Shown here: positions 58,101 through 64,000 of the stretch, piece after piece
Layout of the letters: each line of letters starts with the position of its first letter
How positions within the stretch are numbered: the first letter of the stretch is position 1
Origin: Raja brachyura
Lineage: Eukaryota
Direction: 5' to 3'
NCBI GenBank assembly: GCA_963514005.1
Contig: OY740814.1
Location: forward strand, 13,392,001-13,456,000
Length of the DNA: 64,000 bases
The notes under the pieces: generated by a model
What the model saw: only the letters and a program-made list of their open reading frames with translations
Databases searched by the model: none
What the model was told of the DNA's origin: nothing
Program-made: the position numbers and the translations under genes

Positions 58101-61100
58101 AGCAACTCTATCGCTGCGTCAATTCAGCAGCAACAAAACCCATACACAGTACAGCTGAAGTATTGCCAAGCCAAATGCTTTCCTTCAGTATATAGTGCCC
58201 CATTCTTAAATAATGTAACTGCTCCACCATTATGCAGAGGTCAGTACAAAATCCAGGTATCTTGTACATAACCCTACAAGGATTTATTTCACCTTACTGA
58301 GCACCTCACAGATTTAAAAAAATGGCACAGAAGCCATTATGCAGTATATCAGTTGTGGTTGTGCATGCAATTGCTATAGTCTCCTGACCTTCCTTCCATC
58401 GAGGGGATTTATCGCAGTCGCTGCCTCAAAAAGGCTGGCAGCATCATCAAAGACCCACACCATCCTGGCCACACACTCATCTCCCTGCTACCTTCAAGTG
58501 GAAGGTTCAGGAGCCTGAAGACTGCAACAACCCGGTTTAGGAATAGCTACTTCCCCACAGCCATCAGGCTATTAAACTTGGCTCGGAACTCTGAACATTA
58601 ATATCCCTCCATCTGTTATTTGCACTTTATTAATTTATTAATTCACGTGTGTATTTACGTATATAATTGTAGTCAATGCCTACTATGTTCTGTTGTGCTA
58701 TGCAAAGAAAGATTTTCATTGTCCTGTCAGGGACACATGACAATAAACTCTTTTGACTTTGACTTTGATTAAATAAAGGCGTTGTGCAACAAACATGACA
58801 AGGGCTGCAAGGAATTTGCATTTTCATCACATTGTTAATAGTTCTGTCTTTATTCCCCTAAAAGCAGGACTCAACCCCTAATCAAACTACAGGTTTAACT
58901 TCACTGGAACAAGTCAATTGGCATAAAAGAACAATAGTTTGAACGCAAAGTATTTTGAGACGTGCAGCATTCAAGTTATTAAGTAGGACAACATTATGTA
59001 AGAGGATGCAGTGTACCAATGCAGAGCACGAGTGGCTTCATATAACTTTTAAAACAATACTATGCTTTACCAGGAGTGGCTGAAAAGGCTGCAACTGTGT
59101 GACAATCTATAAATGAAAGCTTGTTTTTGAAAAGTAAAAATATAACAAGTGGATATTAGAATAAACACAAAGCTCTGGTTGAATAGCTGACACAAGGATA
59201 ATGGGCAAAAAACACAAGAGATTGCAGATGCTTGAATCTGGAACAAAAAAAAACTGCTTCAAAAACTCAGCGATACATTGCAAAGAACAGATGCCAGCAC
59301 CTACAAAGTTAGCATAGAATTTTATGGTTTGCCAAAATCTAATAGCAAGTGATCCCCTGAACGTTCTTTAGACCATCAGTTGAATTTGAGAGAAAGAAAG
59401 CAAGTGAAATCCAAACCTGAACATTTCGATGATGCTCCAAAGATAAAAGACAGCAAACACTGCTGCTTTATTCTGCATTTCAGCTTGACTTCCTATCACC
59501 ACAAAAAGAATAATGATTCTCCCAAGTACCTGTTCAAACAATTGAATCAAAAAATTAAAATTTGTAAATTCTGATCTGTAAAAGGGGGACTCACACCTGA
59601 AAGGATGAAATGGTACGTTTTAAATTCCTTTTACATTTTCTCTTCGCTTTGTTTTGTACATAATGCCCCTTAAGATTAAGTCACTCCCTAACCAAATTAC
59701 TGTGTCTATCTTCTCTGGGTGGCGTGATCAAATTGACTTAGAAGAAAACAGTCTGTATGTTAAGCATTTTTAAATGTGCAATGTTCAGGTTAATAAATGG
59801 GGACAACAAAAGATTTTGAAGGTTCCTCGTAAACATCCCCATGGTCACAGAGTCACTCAGTAAGAAGCAAAGTCTTGCACAAAAGCATTGTCCTGCTAGA
59901 AATGTAGTAGTGATGTCTCTTTCTCTTCCTGACCATCTACCCAGCGTTCTGTCCAATGCCCTCAGCATACCTGGATTATTGCAGGCACCAATGAAGTTTT
60001 CACCAATCCCAGCAGCGGATTTATAACCTCCACAATTGCAAGTATCTGACAAAAGTTCATCACGTCACCCACTACGTGAAATGTATCGAATAGAGAATCT
60101 GCAGATGAATGCAAGTAACATAATCAGGATCTGAGATAGCAACAGGGGAAATATCTTTTTAGACTGGGGGGGGGGGAAGGCGGGGAGAAGAGGGGGATTA
60201 ATTCCTAGAAAGTGGCTTGTACCGTGACTTTCTCTTACAAAAAGATGCGGCATCTGCACATGCATCAAGATATGCGTTAAAAATAGATTTACGTTTTTTC
60301 ACAATTTTAATTTGAGCAAAGTTTATTACATTTTGCACACTTTTGGGGAGTGATTTTCAAATTCTGCAAAGGTGAATTTCCATTACCAAATGGCCACAAA
60401 GTAGGGATTGTCTAGAACAAATTGGATTTAATTACGTACATTGTATTTACCACTGTACGCATGGGGAGAAGGTTTAGGGAGTTGTACTTTTGCCTTTTCT
60501 GAGCAAGAGATGGAATAAAAGTGAAAGGAAGTATTATAAAACATTTCAGCTTTGTATGATCCCTATATGTTAGTTGTTTCCTTACATCAGGAAATAAATT
60601 CCAACATCTGAAGTTTTTGGATTTTCCATCTACTTATTGCATTTATTGCCACTTTTTTTCCAGGAATTCTCAACCTGACATTGTTCTTCGCTGTTTGCTC
60701 CTGGAGGAGCGGGAGAAATTTAGAACTCAATAGAGGAGGATAAAGGGTTAATTAAGGGGGGGGGGGGGAAATGAGCATGAAATAAAGTTTGCGGGGAATA
60801 GAAAAACGAACTCAAAAAGCTTCTTTAGATATGTAAATTCGAAAAGATTAGTGAAGACAAATGTAGATCCCTTACAATCAGAGACAGATGAATTTATACT
60901 GGGAAACAATGAAATGGCAGAACAGTTAAACGAGTACTTTGGTTCTGTCTTCACCAAGGAATACACAAACAATCTCTCTGAAATACTAGGGGACTGAGGA
61001 TCTAGTGAGAAGGAGGAACTGAAGGGAATGCATATTAGTCAGGAAATGGTGTTAGGTAAGCTGTTGGGACTGAAGGCAGATAAATCCCCAGGACCTGATG

Positions 61101-64000
61101 ACCTGCATCACAGAATACTCAAGTAGACGGCGCTAGAAATCGTGGATGTATTGGTGATCATTTTCCAATGTTCTCTGGACACTGGATCAGTTGCAGTGGA
61201 CTGGAGGGTAGCCAATGTAACCCCACTTTTTAAGAAGAGGGAGAGAAAATGGGGAATTATAGACCAATTAGCCTTACATCGGTAGTGGGGAAGATGCTTG
61301 AGTCAATTGTTAAATATGTTATAGCAGCATTTGAAAAGCAGTGACAGGATCGGTCAAAGTCAGCATGGATTTATGAAGGGGAAATTATGCTTGACTAATA
61401 TTCTGGAATTTTTTGAGGATGTAACAAGTAGAATGGATAGGGGGCGAACCAGTGGATGTGGTGTATCTCGACTTTCAAAAAGCCTTTGACAAGGTCCCGC
61501 ACAAGAGATCAGTGCGCAAAATTAGAGCACATGGTATTGGGGGTAGGGTATTAACATGGATAGAGAACTGGTTGGCAGACTGGAAGCAGAGTAGGAATTA
61601 CCGGGTCCTTTTCAGAATGGCAGGTAATGATTAGTGGGGTGCCGCAAGCCTCGGCGCTGGGACGCAAGTTATTTACAATATACATTAACAATTTAGATAA
61701 GGGAAGTAAATGTAACATCTCCAAGTTTGCAAATGACACAAAGCTGGGTGAGTGAGGGCTGCAATGAGGATGCCATGAGGCTACAGGATGACTTGGATAG
61801 GTTGGGTGAGTAGGGAGATGCATGGCAGATGCAGTATAATATGGATAAATGTGAGATTATCCACATTGTTAGCAAGAACAGGAAGGCAGATTATTATCTG
61901 AATGGTGTCGGATTAGGAAAAGGGGAGGTGCAACAAGACCTGGGTGTGCTTGTACATCAGTCACTGAAAGTAAGCATGCAGGCACAGCAAGCGGTGAAGA
62001 AAGCTAATGGCATGTTGGCCTTCATTGAGAGAGGATTTGAGCTTAGGGGCAAGGAGACCCTACTGCAGTTGTACAGGGCCCTGGTGAGACCACACTTGGA
62101 GTATTGTCTGCAATTTGGTCTCCTAATTTGAGGAAGGACATTATTGCTCTTGAGGGAGTGCAGCATAGGTTCATCAGGTTAATTCTTGGGATGGCGGGAC
62201 TGAGGTATTTTGAAAGAATGGATCGACTGGACTTGTATTCACTGGAATTCCTGTTTTTGCCACCAAAGTGGATAACCTCACATTTATCCACATTATACTG
62301 CATCTGCCATGCATCTGCCCACTCACCCAACCTCTCCAAGTCACCCTGCATCCTCGTAGCATCCTCTTCACAGTTTACTCTGCCACTTAGCTTTGTGTCA
62401 TCTGCAAATTTGCTAATGTTACTTTTAATTCCTTCATCTAAATCATTAATATCTATTGGAAACAGCACCAAGCCCCACTGTCGCTGCCTGCCATTCTGAA
62501 AGGGACCAGTTAATCCCTACGATTTGTGTCCTGTCTGTGGAATTCTCTGCCACAGAAGGCAGAGGCGGCCAATTCACTGGATGGGTTCAAGAGAGGGTTA
62601 GATTTAGCTCTTAGGGCTAAAGGAATCAAGGTATATGGGGAAAAAGCAAGGTATATGGGGTATTGATTTTTAGATGATCAGTCATGATCATATTGAATGG
62701 GGTGCTGGCTCGGAGGGCTGAATGGCCTACTGCTGCACCTATTTTTCTATGTTTCTTGCCGTGCTCGCCCTCAATATTGTTTCCTTGGATAATGTGTTGT
62801 CTAAAACCCACTTCCACAGCCACATCTCTTTCCTTATCAAATGCCTCCAGTTCCAATTCGTTCCACATCAATTCTAAGGCCTTTTGTAATTTAGACCCCC
62901 AGGTTCACAGGATTATGCATCTATCAAACATTTCTCTGCTCTCCACAATCATTGCCTTGTATTGGCACATGCATGCTCTTGACTTCTCTCTGCAACAAGA
63001 CAAAATAATCATCTCAAAGACATTGTGGCCTACAGTCCTACTTTTTTCTTTGCTGCATTCGGTACCGTAGAGGATGACTTTTCGCATTTCTTTCAGATTG
63101 GAGATTGTAAACAAATGTGCTTACATTCCAATATCTCTTCGATCCTCTTCTGATATTTCTTCCCCTGCACTTTCCTCAAGGGAGTCTCTCCCTCCTAACC
63201 TCCAACTATCTGTATTTTGAACATCCCTGTGATCTTCCTGACATCCTTCAGATTAGTCCTCAGTAGATGCCTCAGCTTCCTTCCCCTACATCCACATTTC
63301 AATTAATTTGCTCCACATGACAACATCTCCGCTTTAGTTCCTGGCCAAGAGCTTTCATCCCAAACTATAGATTATTTAACTTATCTTCAGTAGTCACATT
63401 CCACCTGGTCATGTCCATTTGACCAATTACCCTCTTATAGATCTATTAATTGACCATCTCCTCCCCTCTCCTGCTCCAATGTGCCCCTTCTGAACTTACA
63501 GTACTCCATTCAGTAAACCAAGAAAACAAGGATGGAGCCGGGTTGTCTGGCAAACTGACCACTATCTCCCCGAGAACAGGCATCTACTCTCAGGCACTTT
63601 CTCATACTTCCCTTTGGATCATAACTCACAATCAAAAATCAGATTATGTGACCCAAGCAATCATAGACCCCAGGTCCTCAAGGGATCTTTCCTCCACAGC
63701 CTCCAAGTTCATTGTCCCAGTCCCGCATAGCCTGCTTCTATCTACTACATAAAAACCATACGCAAGATTGTCTGGCAGACACAATGTTTTAACATACTCT
63801 TGTCCCAATTAATTCCTATCCTCTCAGTCCTTTCTCGTCTGATCTATTCTCTTCCCAGTTACACTTATGACATCTGATTTACAACACCAATATAAAACAC
63901 ATTATAACAAGATTTCATAGCGAGGCAGTATGGGAACTCTGGATTTGCAAAGGATGAAAGAGTCACTTACCCTGGCCAAACACAAAGAGTCTCACTGTCA
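55078..64000 (-). CDS. HACD3: Very-long-chain 3-hydroxyacyl-CoA dehydratase 3 (HACD3/PTPLAD1), last 6 coding exons, 5'-partial
   Basis: Spliced peptide TVRLFVFGQ-DSLFDTFH..NFCQ-VLGRII..EMQNK..EMFR-YPYY..TWIRYTIWIPLYPLGVIAE-AV..QSIP-GLFINFRHLYKQR..KHKIY*. PTPLA-family motifs and a C-terminal KxKxx ER-retrieval signal. Confidence 0.96.
55380..57130. mobile_element. CR1 LINE fragments, minus (about 55380-55700) abutting plus (about 55760-57130)
   Basis: [13 protein letters not shown] on -; NWGKANF..IRQE..KV.W.RLF, KENAKRF..YIRSKR and 3' tail on +. Confidence 0.8.
57452..57583 (-). CDS. HACD3: HACD3 exon (VCVVQSIPHFEESGRF...IIMFL)
   Basis: ccacag / gtaagt on minus strand. Confidence 0.94.
57755..57861 (-). 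CDS. HACD3: HACD3 exon (YPYYMLSC...RYTIWIPLYPLGVIAE)
   Basis: aaacag / gttggt; catalytic-region LYPLG..E motif. Confidence 0.95.
57893..58118 (-). mobile_element. HE1-like V-SINE (minus, internally deleted)
   Basis: Reverse complement of gcgatagagttgctgcgctacagcgccagagacccaggttcaatc and the ctgtatctctaaag tail. Confidence 0.83.
58385..58770 (+). mobile_element. Rex/Babar LINE 3' end
   Basis: RCLKKAGSIIKDPHHPGHTLISLLPSSGRFRSLKTATTRFRNSYFPTAIRLLN; caataaa + (tttgac)n tail. Confidence 0.85.
59417..59529 (-). CDS. HACD3: HACD3 exon (VLGRIIILFVVIGSQAEMQNK...IEMF)
   Basis: gaacag / gtttgg. Confidence 0.95.
59971..60098 (-). CDS. HACD3: HACD3 exon (SLFDTFHVVGDVMNFCQ...PAIIQ)
   Basis: ctgcag / gtatgc; 128 nt, phase 1-0. 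Confidence 0.94.
60700..62755 (+). mobile_element. CR1 LINE (about 2-kb RT-containing 3' part) with an inverted insert at about 62250-62535
   Basis: KSPGPD.LH, DWRVANVTPLFKK, SQHGF, DVVYLDFQKAFDKVPH, KFA.DTKL, LVRPHLEYC, CR1 tail. Confidence 0.92.
63150..63900 (+). mobile_element. Highly degenerate Penelope-like RT fragment
   Basis: Decayed similarity to 53230-53620 (cttcctttggatcataac, agcctccaagttcattgtccc, ctacataaaaaccata). Confidence 0.5.
63971..64000 (-). CDS. HACD3: HACD3 exon 3' end (TVRLFVFGQ), truncated by the window edge
   Basis: cagg|gtaagt donor on minus strand; phase fits the next exon. Confidence 0.85.

Noticed and set aside
1-64000. CRISPR arrays, operons or other prokaryotic systems
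   Set aside because: The sequence is eukaryotic with spliceosomal introns, and no regularly spaced repeat-spacer array was seen.

Overview
Vertebrate genomic DNA, very probably from a cartilaginous fish (skate/ray-like). This is inferred from HE1-type V-SINEs, CR1/HER1-like LINEs, Penelope-like elements and protein divergence. Three intron-containing genes were reconstructed by hand with consistent splice phases. (1) CEP152 (+): 22 coding exons at 1384-35441, 5' end outside the window, about 1604 codons visible. (2) INTS14/VWA9 (+): complete, with a non-coding exon 1 in a CpG island and 11 coding exons at 38663-48352, 518 aa. (3) HACD3/PTPLAD1 (-): the last 6 exons, 55078 to the window end, convergent with INTS14. 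Introns are packed with transposon remnants: two near-full-length IR/DR Tc1 copies, a hAT MITE with an 8-bp TSD, a Tigger-like MITE, CR1, Rex-Babar, a HERO-type RLE fragment, Penelope pieces and V-SINEs. Most short ORFs in the track are spurious or TE-derived. The most interesting observations are: an inverted Tc1 pair bracketing a 600-nt phase-0, stop-free three-exon cassette of CEP152 (circRNA with an endless ORF, or in-frame skipping); Penelope-derived fold-back elements with minimal hammerhead cores, one directly at the INTS14 promoter; a 32-nt templated copy of CEP152 exon sequence inside an intronic LINE tail; a GC-AG intron; a recursive-splice-like exon; and a candidate poison micro-exon. 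No computation or database search was run, and family assignments rest on recalled motifs.
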